A DNA stretch of 63,088 nt, counting the filler, from Choristocarpus tenellus KU-1152 (lineage: Eukaryota > Protista > Phaeophyceae): the NCBI GenBank assembly GCA_964200185.2. It is 11 parts of 11 records of this genome, joined end to end, with 100 filler letters (N's around TTAATTAATTAA, not from the genome) between each part and the next. Parts side by side here need not be neighbours in the genome. Positions count along the whole stretch, not along the records: positions 1 to 9,256 come from CAXNAD020003837.1; positions 9,357 to 15,317 come from CAXNAD020009309.1; 9 more parts are not named here. One strand, given 5' to 3'. How positions within the stretch are numbered: position 1 is the first letter of the stretch; each line of letters starts with the position of its first letter. The position numbers and the translations under genes were made by a program. This document shows, piece after piece, positions 1 through 12,316 of this stretch. The notes beneath the pieces were generated by a model. That model was given only the letters and a program-made list of their open reading frames with translations, searched no databases and was not told the origin of the DNA.

Positions 1-41
1 CATCTTGTCAGCCTCTTACCCCCCCCCCCCCTTGACAAAAG

Positions 42-207
42 CTGCTGCACAAGGTGAAGTGGCCGAATAGGAATGGTACTGGTTGTATCATCATTAGTCC
101 CACTAGAGAGTTGTCGCTTCAGACGTATGGTGTACTAAGAGATGTGATTGAGGCAGGGGGGATGTCTCAGACACATGGTCTACTGATAGGAGGAGCGAAT
201 CGAAGAG
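42..207 (+). CDS. HAS1: DEAD-box RNA helicase HAS1/DDX18, internal exon (motif Ia)
   Basis: AAG|LLHKVKWPNRNGTGCIIISPTRELSLQTYGVLRDVIEAGGMSQTHGLLIGGANRR|GTGAG. PTREL motif Ia, RNGTG and GGANRR are typical of Has1/DDX18. Ends phase 1. Confidence 0.93.
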
Positions 208-219
208 GTGAGATAATTG

Positions 220-690
220 ATATACTGATGTTGATTTAATGAGATAATCGCAATGATATTTATTTATATCATTAGTTGTAATGGTGTTAATGTATTGATA
301 TTGATTTAATCAGATAATTGATATACATACTGATGTTGATTTAATGAGATAATCGCAATGATATTTATTTATATCATTAGTAATGGTGTTAATGTATTGA
401 TATTGATTTAATCAGATAATTGTAGGGAGGTTTATGCCATTAGTAATGATAGAAATGTACTGATATTGATTTGATCAGATAATTGTCACAAGGTTTATAT
501 CATTGGTGATGATACAAATGTACTGATGTTTATTCAATGAGATAATTGTAGTGATGTTTATGTCATTATTAATGATATAAATGTACTGATATTGATTTAA
601 TCAGGTAATTGTATCAAGTTTTATATCATTAGTAATGATACAGATGTACTGATATTAATTCAATGAGATAATTGTAATGAGGTTAATTTA
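220..690. repeat. Degenerate ~60-bp-period AT-rich minisatellite in a HAS1 intron
   Basis: Recurrent tgtactgatattgatttaatcagataattg and tttatatcattagtaatgat units. Confidence 0.7.
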
Positions 691-2199
691 AGGAGATTAA
701 TCTATCGAGGGCTTGGGGAAGAAGGGTAGTTGTTTGTTGTCTGTTTCTTTTAGCTTATCCTATTTTTGGATCCAAAGAACGAAATCAGAGGTTACAGAAA
801 AGAAAAAGAAAATTATATGATTTCTTTGTCTATGATATATAGTATAATGTAATAAAATACAAATAGTTAAATATAATATACTGTATAATATACTCTGTAG
901 ATATAATTGGTTAAGTATGTTGGAGGTGGTACAAAAAGAGACACGAACCATTTGTGAAGAATTTTTCTAGGTTGAACTGGGACTACATGATGTTCTGCCA
1001 TTATTATTGTTATTATTATTATTATTGTGTGAGTAGGTAGCTGATTTGCCTGCTCCCAGCAACTCAGCGTGAGAATGATAATAATAATAATAATTTCACA
1101 GGTAGAGTGTGATTTATGATGATGATTTAGTTGAATGTGTTAAGGGGACTAGAAAGACCCAAGCGAGCTATTAACATGCTAACATGCTAGTGGATGATCT
1201 TCTGTAGGCCTATGGGTATAGGGAGAGTCACAGTGAGTGAGAGAGGAGGGGGGGGGAGGGATGTTTTCGACCTTTTTTGAGTTTAAAAATAAATAAATAT
1301 TTTTTTACATTTTTTCTTACAGAAGACGAAGGTATTAAAAACATATTTTTTATTAGAGGATCAACTAGACTTCTTCTGCAGACTGACTAATAAAGTACCA
1401 CTAGATGAAGCAGACTGGCTAATATAGTACCACCAAATGGAGTAGTCAATTTGCCCCTGGAAAGTCAGAGGGGTCCTTGCAACTAACTTCGCAGCTGTAG
1501 CCTCCTCTCAGTTGCTGGTGTTACTTTTGAATCAATGTTGAAGTTTGCACGGGTCAGTGGCATCTCAGCATCCTGATCTGATTAGGGTTGTCTGGATGTT
1601 GGTTACAACTTGTGATGGAGTGAATAGGTGTGTCTCTTTTGTTGGTTTGAAATTGATGGTATTATTGACCTTAACTCAAACATTGAACTGTGTTTGCAGG
1701 AGTCATTAATGGTGTGTTGTATTGGTATTATTGTATTGGTATTAGTGTGTTGGTGTTAGCATTAATGGTGTAGTATTAATGGTGTAGTATTGTATTGGTA
1801 TTAGTGTATTGGTGTTAGTATTAATGGTGTAGTATTGTATTGGTATTATTGTATTGGTATTAGTGTATTGATGTTAGTATTAATGGTGTAGTATTGTATT
1901 GTGTGTCAGAGTATCGCAGAAGGCGTTTTTTGATTGGGTACTTGAACGGAGAGCTTAGGAGAGAGAGATGTCAGAATATTTTTGTGCAGAAGGGGAGGGG
2001 AGGTTGGTTGCCCCTTGCATACACACTATGGAGGTGAGTTTCAGATTAGGATTTTTGTTTGCTGAGTGAAGTGTTTCAGGGGGTCTGATGTGGTTGCTGT
2101 GTTCAATACTGTGCTGATATGTTGGTATCACTTGTTTTGCTGTGGGTGCTAGAGATAGTTTTTGCTGCCTTGATGTGTATCTTGGGAGGTTTAGGGAGA

Positions 2200-2510
2200 T
2201 CCATATACATCGATATGTACATACCTACAGACATAATACATACATACATACATACATACATACATACATACATTCATACATACCTACAGACATAATACAT
2301 ACCTACATACCTACATACCTACATACATACATACATACATACATACATACATAAATACATACATACATATATACATACAAATATATATACATACATACAT
2401 ACCTACATACCTACAGACATAATACATACATACATACATACATACATACATACATACATACATACATACATACATACATACATACATACGTACGTACGTA
2501 CGTACGTACT
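2200..2510. repeat. (TACA)n/(TACG)n microsatellite
   Basis: Directly visible. A second (TATG)n tract lies at about 4980-5068. Confidence 0.95.
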
Positions 2511-2812
2511 GCTCTCTTCTTTGTAGTTTAGTTTCCTTTCTGATAATGGATCTGAAGATGTTGACTAATTTTTTTTTTCTTTGTGACAACTTTTGTCTGA
2601 ATCTTTGATTCGTCATTGATGATGTGATCATGAAATCAACCAATCAAGTAAGTTGTATAATAATTTGACCAATCAAAAGTTAACAACCGTGTGTTGTCGA
2701 TTTCCTCAAGAGTGAACTCTCTCCCTCTAACCCTGGGTTGCTGCTCCCTGATCCAAAATATACTTTCTTTTTATGCAAAATGATCCATGTTCTACTCTGT
2801 ACAATGTCTCAG

Positions 2813-2886
2813 CGGAAGCAGAACGCCTAGTCAAGGGGGTGAATATTTTGGTGGTGACTCCGGGGCGCCTTCTGGATCACCTGCAG
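2813..2886 (+). CDS. HAS1: HAS1/DDX18 exon (motif Ib)
   Basis: CAG|(A)[24 protein letters not shown]|GTATG. Phase matches the previous exon; TPGRLLDHL motif. Confidence 0.95.
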
Positions 2887-4461
2887 GTATGCTGTTATGT
2901 GCATACAATTTTTATTGTTATTTTTTGGGGGTGAGAATGGCGGTGGATGAGACAAATGGACTAGTTATGATGGGTGCTTGGTGTTGATGCCTTACATACA
3001 GTCACTTCTGTTGAAGTTGTAAGGCGTTTTGGTGCCTTCTGTGTTGACATTTGGGTAAGGTGGGTATGCCATCTTATTATCTGGCACATTTACAGTCGAA
3101 CTTATTGTTGGTTATGTTTAACATTTTAGCCTATTGTTGGATGTGTTTGATATTTGTAGTAATTATTGGGTATGTTTACTATCTTACTATTAATAGTTAT
3201 TGAGTTAGATAACACTATGTATTAGTAGTTCTTTTTAATGTGAATAGTTGTATGTTTAGTATTTTAATTTGTTATTGGATGTGTTTGATATTGGTAGTGA
3301 TCATTGGGTATGTTTACTATCTTACTACTACTAGTTGTATGTTTAGTATTTTAATCTATTATTGGATGTGTTTGATACTGATAGTAATTGTTGGGTATGT
3401 TTCCTATCTCATTATTAATAATTCTTATTAAGATAGATAACACAACGTATTAGTAGCCTTGTTTAATGTTAATAGTTGTATGTTAAGTTTATTTTAATAT
3501 ATTATTGGAAGTGTGTTGATATTGATATTTATTATTGGGTATGCTTACTATCTTACTCTTAATACTTTTTATTCTTAAGTTCAATACTACTCGTTAGTAG
3601 TTTTGTTAAATGTTAATACTTGTTATGCTTAGTAGTATCACTTATTAGGTATGTTAGTACTAGTACATACTATACAGTAGGAATCAAAATGCGATTTCCA
3701 GACTGTTGTTATCAATTTCTTTGAGATAAAAGTTTCATTTTGTATGTGACTGATCTTTCTATCACAGTCAATTATTTGTCATCAGCTATTAATATTGAAT
3801 CCCTCAAAATACATACACTCTGAGCAGTGAATTAGAATTATCAGGATACTGGGGTTGGTTGGGATACCTTTTGTTTGCAGGGGAGTCCTAACACCTGCAC
3901 ACAGGTGTAAGTTGAGAGCTGTCTCTTCTACGCTTGACCAAATTTGACACACAATATTCTAAAAAGAAAATGATGTGCAAGAAAGGAACAGAATCTTCTC
4001 CAAGGTGGTAGTGTAAGGGAACATTGCCATTGCCCCTTGGCCTAGGTGATAGTTCTCCCCCGTTGAAAGTTGTGTACGAGATGGATATGTGTATAGATGT
4101 GTGTATAGATGTGTGTATATTATCTCTGATCCCTAGTACTGTGAACCCCCCCCCCAAAAAAATGCTGTTACGATCAATAAATTGGAGAAAAAAAATTGAA
4201 AAACAAAAAAAAGACCTGGGTGAAACTTTTGGCGCACGATGCGATGCGTGCGAGACGCGCGTAGAATGTTGAGTGGTGAGGTGGTTTGAGTCAAGAACTC
4301 AGAAGGTGATTTGAAGTCATGTTTGAAGTCATGGACTGGTGGAGAGTAATGGGTGAGATGGGTTTTGGGTAGTGACACGTTGTGAGTTTTGTGACCTCTG
4401 ACCCATTCACTACTCACACTTCGGCTTGTGTTTGTGACAATACCAATAACTGAATACGTGA

Positions 4462-4900
4462 AATAAGTGTACTTATTCAGTTCATTTATTTTTCGGTTCT
4501 ATTCTGACTAATTAAGAATAAGTGTACTTATTTAGTTCGTTTATTTTTCGGTTCTATTCTGACTAATTAAGAATAAGTGTACTTATTCAGTTCATTTATT
4601 TTCGGTTATATTATGACTAATTAAAAATAAGTGTACTTATTCAGTTTGTTCATTTTTCGGTTCCATTCTGACTAATTAAAAATAAGTGTATTTACTCAGT
4701 TCATTTATTTTTCGGTTCTATTCTGACTAATTAAGAACAAGTGTACTTAATTAGTTCGTTTATTTTTCGGTTCCATTCTGACTAATTAAAAATAAGTGCA
4801 CTTATTCAGTTCATTTATTTTCGGTTATATTCTGACTAATTAAAAATAAGTGTACTTATTTAGTTCATATACTTTTCGGTTATATTCTGACTAATTAAAA
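4462..4900. repeat. 54-55-bp tandem repeat, about 8 units
   Basis: Unit aataagtgtacttattcagttcatttattttcggttctattctgactaattaa(g/a), head to tail with no spacers. Confidence 0.93.
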
Positions 4901-5154
4901 TGTTGCGATTTGCTACACTGGTGATATGTTTCAATGCTGTGGTTAACATCTTGAAGGATTTATCCCTATATCTATCTATCTGTATGTATGTACGTATGTA
5001 TGTATGTATTATGTATGTATGTATGTATGTATGTATGTATGTATGTATGTATGTATGTATGTATGTATCTTAGCTGGTTCATGTCCGTATTGAGGAGAGG
5101 AGAGTGGTCAAGGGAGTAAATGCAGTGATGGGTATTAATGACAGAAATGCAGTG

Positions 5155-5186
<32 letters not shown>

Positions 5187-5289
5187 TAATGACAACGAAG
5201 GGTGTGAGTCAAGCCAAGTCTGGGACTGCAAGATGTGCTTGAATCATAAGGATAAGGAGGATGTGGATGTAGATGTGGTTGGAGACAGG

Positions 5290-5460
5290 GCAGTCTGTGT
5301 ACAGCTAGCTCTATAGAAACAGGGAGTCTGTGTACAGCTAGCTCTATAGAAACAGGGAGGATGTGTACAGCTAGATCTATAGAAACAGGGAGGATGTGTA
5401 CAGCTAGATCTATAGAAACAGGGAGTCTGTGTACAGCTAGCTCTATAGAAACAGGGAGGA
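5290..5460. repeat. 33-bp tandem repeat, about 5 units
   Basis: Unit ctgtgtacagctagctctatagaaacagggagt. Confidence 0.9.
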
Positions 5461-7643
5461 TTTGCGGTAAAGTAAATCACTTGGATGCTTAAATTCTTCC
5501 TTCAATTCTTCACTTACCTGTTGACATTTATGGACGGTGATGATTAGAAGGTCAGCCTCATGCACTAAAGTTGAGGGATATATATATGTATATATATATT
5601 TGATTGAAGTGCCTGAAGTGAGTGGAAGGCTCAAAGTAGTAGAAAGCTGAGCTTGACGTGGTTCAAGTGAGTAGAGTTGAGGAAGGTGTTCTGAGAAGAA
5701 GGTGTGGTTTGGTGGAGGATGTTCATTTGTAACCTAGCTTTTTGTGCGTACATCACAAGATGTCAGCATGACACACACATTTAGGGTTTGTAGACGTTAT
5801 CCCCACATAAGCCTCTTTCCTCAGAGTTATTACCTCTCTACCTGGCTCAGGTCTTGACACACCAAGAGGCTACTTATCATTATTATTACTATTCCTATTT
5901 TGCATTGGACTCTTTGGCGCTTGCAGGGATATATTTTTTTAATCTCTTGCGTGGTGCAGTCAGTGCACAGGGGATATCCCTGTATTCAGGAGCCCCCACT
6001 GTCCTTGGGGAACACATTTCACACTCTTTTCCTAGAATCTAACCCCAACCCTAACCCTAACCTGTGTTTGAAATACAACCTTAACCCTAAACCTTACACA
6101 GTGCAAGTGCCACTCCCGTAGCGTAAGGGGATCGCCCCTGTGCCCTCCATCGGGCTGCTGTGTCTCCATGTGGCTTTCTGTCCTCATCCACCTGATCAAA
6201 TTTGATCATTTTCTGTTCTGCATAAACACACCCTGATCGCCTTTAGCACTCAAGGGACCTCTCCCTGGGTCAAAGTATCTGGGGGGGGGGGATGATGAGG
6301 TGCTCCTCCCTCAGCTTGCTCCAAACAACACCACCTATGCCTATATTTTGTGCCAAGATAATTGTTCTTAATTCTTGAGATGATGCACTCTCTGCCGGTG
6401 TTTGGTTCCTTGTGCAATAACCTTGATAAATATCTCTGGTTATATTTTCCCAGGTACTTGGAAATTCCAACACCATTCCAACAGCCAGAAAAATCTTGGA
6501 AAGTGTGTTGAGAATGTGAGGTAGTACTATGTATATTGTATATCAGAATTGTGGTGTTATGCTGTTAATACCAGTAGATGTCTCTTGCCCTCACTCATCC
6601 TTCACCTCATACACTATTTTTTTCAGAGTTGAGTGGGAAAATACTACAGTTACAACTGTTACAGGTGTGGTACTTCTAGTTAGTAGAGTTCCTTTTGGGA
6701 TGTTGGGCACGTTTCTATATATATATATATATATTGTTATGTAATTAAGTACTACATAATATGTTAATGTTGGTACTTATTTTTTGGATGTATATATATT
6801 AATACTTATTGTTTGGAAAGATTATTCCATTCGTAGATAAAGAGTGTAAAGTATCCAAGGATGATGCTGGTCAAGACTACTATACTAGTATACGTGAAGG
6901 CATATCACCCTTTTTGTTATGTTACATAGTTTGCCGATTTATTTTAATATATGTGTATGTATTATGCAAAACATTTGTAATCATACTCGTAAATTAATAA
7001 TGTGTGTATATATACACTGTGCAAATTAATATTAAACATGTTCTTGCACTAACTATGTGTATATGTACACTGTGCAAAATATTTGTAAACATACTCCTCC
7101 ATTACAATATGTGTATATATACAGTGTGCAGAATAATGATAAACATGTTCTTACAACATTGTGGCAATGGAAAAACACATACAGATAGTTTTGAAAAAAA
7201 ATAAATATACTGTGTGTATCAATTAACTGGTGTGACTTGTCCATCTCTAGCGATAAATGACTTTCTAATTATTATTTTATTACACAGCGGTAAAAAAGTG
7301 CCTTCCAATAATCAGTTTGGTGAAGCTGGATGCTTCTCGCTTACTTGCTGGAAGTCCATTCAAGGTCTTTTTAGTTATTGTTTTTTTATGGAGGGGGTTT
7401 ACTTGGTGCTGCCTGATCCCCTTGGAAGAGATGAATTTATTTTTCTGATTGATATTCAAGCTCAAACCCTGTTCAGTTTGGTGTTAGCCCTCACAGTAGT
7501 CGGTAGTACTTCTAATTAGGTAATATGTTTTTGGATGTAATTGTAGCAACCTTAGCAATAATTCTGAAGGAATTTACAACAGTAATTATAACCATAATAA
7601 ATCCTTTTCTTTCCCCCCTCCTCTCTACCCACACTGATTAAAG

Positions 7644-7802
7644 AACACAAGGGGATTTCTATTCCGGAACATGCAGATGTTGGTAATAGACGAGGCCGAC
7701 CGGATCCTGGAACAAGGGTTTGAGGAGGAGATGCATCAGATCATAAGACTCCTTCCAACAGAGAGGCAAACCATGCTGTTCAGTGCAACACAGACCAAGA
7801 AG
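7644..7802 (+). CDS. HAS1: HAS1/DDX18 exon (DEAD and SAT motifs)
   Basis: AAG|[53 protein letters not shown]|GTTGG. 159 nt, phase 0-0. Confidence 0.96.
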
Positions 7803-9144
7803 GTTGGAGGGTAGGGGGTGAATTGTTTTCTGGTGTAATCTTTTGATTAGTACCATTGATGTTTGTATTTATATTATCATTTATTGATTGAAGTGGTGTG
7901 TGTGGTTAGAGAGAGCTACTCTTTAGGGGATTAGAAATGTGGTTCTGTTTGTGCTCTCTCTTTACTGTTGTGATGTGGGAAAGGGGGGTGGAGGAGGGGA
8001 GGAACAATTGAAAATGTTTCAACTTTGTTTTCGGAGTGTTTTTTGTTTTTAAATCTTTTTTGAGTTGGATGTTTTGCTCTGAAGTAGTATTTATGTTACA
8101 TAATGTTTGTGTTCTGAAGAATGTATTTTGTTTTTAAAATCTGGTGTTCGTTAATTCTAAGGCTTCATTTGTCTCTTTCTTACATGTTATATTTTCGTTC
8201 TATTTCCTCTTGTAAGGGTTAGGAATTTCAATAAAAATAGGTACAATATGACGTTGATACTATTACTACCATTAATACTACTCTACTGAATGCTTTTAAG
8301 AAGTGACTGTTGATCATTCATATGTTGTGTAATAGTTGGTGGCATTTCTTGTCTTCTACATAATATATATACATGCATATAAATGAGTGTTTAGATGTGG
8401 TTGGTTCCTATTGTGGACATTAAAAAGATTTTGTGAGTACCATCAAGAAACTGCCTTCTAATATTTATGTGTATTGTACTGAATCGAAAGTTTTTCTCTC
8501 ATGTGAAGTGAAAACTTTCAAATGTGTTAAAACGTGTGCTGTCAGAGTGTCCATAAACAACAGAACATATCCGTAGTGTAGGGAAATAGAGCCAGTCTGG
8601 TGATGGCTCAGTGATTTTGAAAGACAAATCGGAGAGATTTCTACCAACAACATAGTGGCGGATCGGTTAATTGTTATGTCGTTATAAGGTATACTCCTGA
8701 TGAATCTTGTCAGTTCTATGTTCACATTATAAGGTATACCCCTGAAGTACTATTACAACAGTTTTATGTTTCTGTGGGGATGATTCGATGGAGTCCATTT
8801 GATTTTATTTGAATAATCTGTATGTGTGTGGCATGTTTGTTTTCAAAACATTTATTTGTTTATTACTCTAAAGGAGTTAGTTTGCTTTTGCACACTTGTT
8901 GTGTAGGTTCTGTGTGATTTTCTTTTTTGTCGTTTCTTGCTTGTGGTACTTGTTTTTTTTTTTTTCTGACGGAGCACTTAGCGCCACTTGGATTGAATGT
9001 AGTAGTAAATATAAAAGTGTATTTTTTATTTTTTATTTTTTTATTATTGTAATTTTTTGGTAATCTGGAGTTTTTTATTTGTTCGTTTAAAAAAAAATTG
9101 TCCTCTGTACTTGCTTGCTGGCTGATATATTATTATTGGATAAG

Positions 9145-9240
9145 GTGGAGGACCTTGCCCGCCTGTTAATCAAGGAAACGCCAGTGCATTTGGGTGTTGA
9201 TGATGAGGAGCAGGAGAGCACTGTGTCATGTCTGGAGCAG
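9145..9240 (+). CDS. HAS1: HAS1/DDX18 exon (linker before the C-terminal RecA domain); the gene runs off the contig end
   Basis: AAG|VEDLARLLIKETPVHLGVDDEEQESTVSCLEQ|GTGTG. Continues the Has1 KKVEDLAR...LEQ(GY) sequence. Confidence 0.92.
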
Positions 9241-9256
9241 GTGTGTGTTTGAATTG

Positions 9257-9356
9257 NNNNNNNNNNNNNNNNNNNNNNNNNNNNNNNNNNNNNNNNNNNN
9301 TTAATTAATTAANNNNNNNNNNNNNNNNNNNNNNNNNNNNNNNNNNNNNNNNNNNN
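9257..9356. other. Artificial contig linker (N-run, TTAATTAATTAA, N-run). Identical linkers at 15318-15417, 19052-19151, 22633-22732, 29851-29950, 34246-34345, 43331-43430, 48763-48862, 56068-56167 and 59668-59767
   Basis: Ten identical 100-nt blocks. TTAATTAATTAA places stop codons in all six frames, a standard concatenation spacer. Confidence 0.95.
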
Positions 9357-10705
9357 CCCCCAGATACTTTGACCCTACACACATAAATGCTGTACATCCA
9401 TTTATCTATGGATGGATGCACTGGGGGATTGGTTGAGTTTTGTGTGCGTGCTGATTACATTTTATGAGAATTTTATGAGAATTTACTGTGGTCTAGTTTG
9501 GCGGCTGGTTCCCTTATCCATGAAAGGTGTCTCTGATAGGACTGGTGCCCAGATTTTTCCAACCTGTTGTCAGGTTCTTTGGACCAGGCTGATTGATTGT
9601 TGTGTAGTAGAAAAAGTGTTTGAAATGTTACATGAGGTCTCCTTGTTCCCTGCTCACAGACAGCAGTTCTTGGATTTGTTTTATTTTTGAAGATACTTAT
9701 TTTTAGTAATGTTTTATTTTGTTGTCGTTATTATTGTTATTATTATTATTAGTAGTAGTAGTATTATTGTTATTATTAGTATTATTGTTCTTATTGTTCT
9801 TATTATTATTATTTTTGTAGTATCATTTATTTTTATAATCATATGTATTATTTTGTTGTTATTTTTATTATTATTATTATTTTGTATAATCACTGTTTTG
9901 ACTTGATATTTTTACTTTTTTATATTGTTACAACATTTTATTATTCGCTTTGATTTTATTTTTATTGTCACTATTACTATCATTTTATTTTTATTGTCAC
10001 TGTACTGGCTTCATATTTGTGTTTTGTTTTAATCACTATTAATATTGACACATCATCACTGTTAAACTGTTTTGTCTTTATTTCTATGTTGTACTCTTAG
10101 TAGTGTAGTACCCTTTTTTTTGCATTGTGACTACCTACACCGGCTCTTTATTTTTCATCCATTTTTATTGTGTATTTTTATAATATCATATATCCCCACT
10201 GACATTTTGGAGGCGTGTCCACGGGAGAGAAAAAAATGAGGAAAGAATCATTTTTTTTTGGCTGCATCAGTAGTATTTGTAATTGATGAAATGCATTCGT
10301 TTTTCATGCATGTACTATTTGAAAATATAGCTGTATGATAAGAGTCCCCTGGGAGATGAAAAATACCAACTGGTGACCCACAAAGGGGGGCAAGGAGGTA
10401 GGAAAGAATCCCAAGAGTCTACTAATTTTTTGATCACCTTGCTAGGCGTTTAATCACCTTGCTAGGCGTCTCTCTCTGTGGGTTAGGTAAAACTCTTATG
10501 TACTCATGGTATTGCCATTGTACAATTTAGTGTATGTCATTTTTTAAAATTATTATTATTATTATTATTATTTTATTTTTTTACTGTTTTTTATTTTTTG
10601 GAATCCTACTTAATGTTTTTTTTTCAAGAGTTGAAATTTCGATTTGTACGTCAATTGGAGATGTGTTGTTTCTATTATTATTATTATTGTTATTATTATT
10701 ATTAG

Positions 10706-10737
<32 letters not shown>

Positions 10738-11249
10738 TTATATTTCAGTGTTGTAGTCCACATATTTTTCATTTTATAGGATAAAGTATGATTGGTACAT
10801 GACTCTTGAGGGTATATATAATAATATAATAATAATATATCCATACTGAGAAGGGTATTGTAAAGAAAGATCAGGATACTCATGTTTCCACAGGTATACC
10901 TTTCTTTGTCCGTAGGGTAGTATACCTTTCTTTGTCTGTAAGGTAGTACACCCTTCTTTGTAGGGTAGTATACCTTTCTTTGTCTGTAGGGTAGTCCTAG
11001 CAAGTAGTTGCAAAAGGAGGTATCTAAAGGTTGAGGACGATAGAGGGGAATGAATAGAGTGAGTTGAGGCAGGAAAGGCTTGTTGCTCCCCCTTGGGACT
11101 GGGGATGATATCCTCTGACTGTTAGGGATTGAAGATGATGTAGAAGGGAATGAGGAAGGGCTGGGGGGGGATGTGCATGAAGAGGTGGATGGAGAGATGG
11201 AGGCCTGTGCAGATATTTAAAAAAATGGTGACAGTGCATGAGCACAAAA

Positions 11250-11800
11250 CACTTGAATAAACAATTCAATAAACAATTCAATAAACAATTCAATAAACAC
11301 TTGAATAAACAATTGAATAAACAATTAAATAAACAATTAAATAAACAATTGAATAAACAATTGAATGCTTTGAATTCTTCGGGGGCGCTCAGAGATCGAT
11401 AGACAAGGCCAGAAAGACAGTCCCACAGAGTGTCATGCGGGGATACATTGTAGTTACTATCTTCATCAGTTACTATCTTCATCAGTTACTATCTTCATCA
11501 GTTACTATCTTCATCAGTTACTATCTTCATCAGTTACTATCTTCCGCGAGCAGAATGCACCGAACTTATCTGTGTGCTTTCTTTTTCTTTTTCTGGCTGC
11601 TAAATACTTTAAACTACTTCTAAATACTTTAAACTACTCCTAAATACTTTAAACTACTCCTAAATAAAACTACTCCTAAATACTTTAAACTACTCCTAAA
11701 TACTTTAAACTATTTCTAAATACTTTAAACTACTTCTAAATACTTCTAAATACTTCATCCTATTTCTAAATACTTTAAACTACTTCTCTAAATACTTCAC
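11250..11800. repeat. Cluster of minisatellites with 12-, 16- and 20-bp units
   Basis: (aataaacaattc)n at about 11255-11365, (agttactatcttcatc)n at about 11452-11545 and (taaatactttaaactacttc)n at about 11601-11800. Confidence 0.9.
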
Positions 11801-12316
11801 GAAGTATCTTTGTAGTAAGTGTTGCACTTGTCAAGTCTTGTATCTCTCCCAACAGCAACCACTACACCCATTCAAGCGTCTTACTATGATGCACACTCTC
11901 CCAGTATGTATTAGTTTCCTCTTTCATCTACAACCTTCCATACGATACATAGCTTCTTTTCACAGAAAAATGTGCAATTCCCATCCCCATCCCCAACAAT
12001 CTCCAACACGCCTGTATTCCATTTACCCCATGTGCCACCTGTTGAAATATATATTTATTTTATTTATTTTGCACTCATGCTGCCGAATGCCCCCTGCCCT
12101 CAGGTTTCACCTGATATACATTGTCTATCCAATTTTATTGTATTTGTATCAAAGGTTACCAATGTTGCAGTCCTATTTACCTATTTGTGTTAATGAGTTA
12201 TTAGTGCTGGTGTTGATGATTGTTGATGATTGTTGATGATTGTTAATGATTGTTGATGATTATTGATGATTGTTGATGATTGTTGATGATGACTTTGCGT
12301 GTGGACACTTTGACAG

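Noticed and set aside
4462-4900. CRISPR-like array
   Set aside because: Units are head to tail with no unique spacers, lie in a eukaryotic intron, and have no cas genes nearby.
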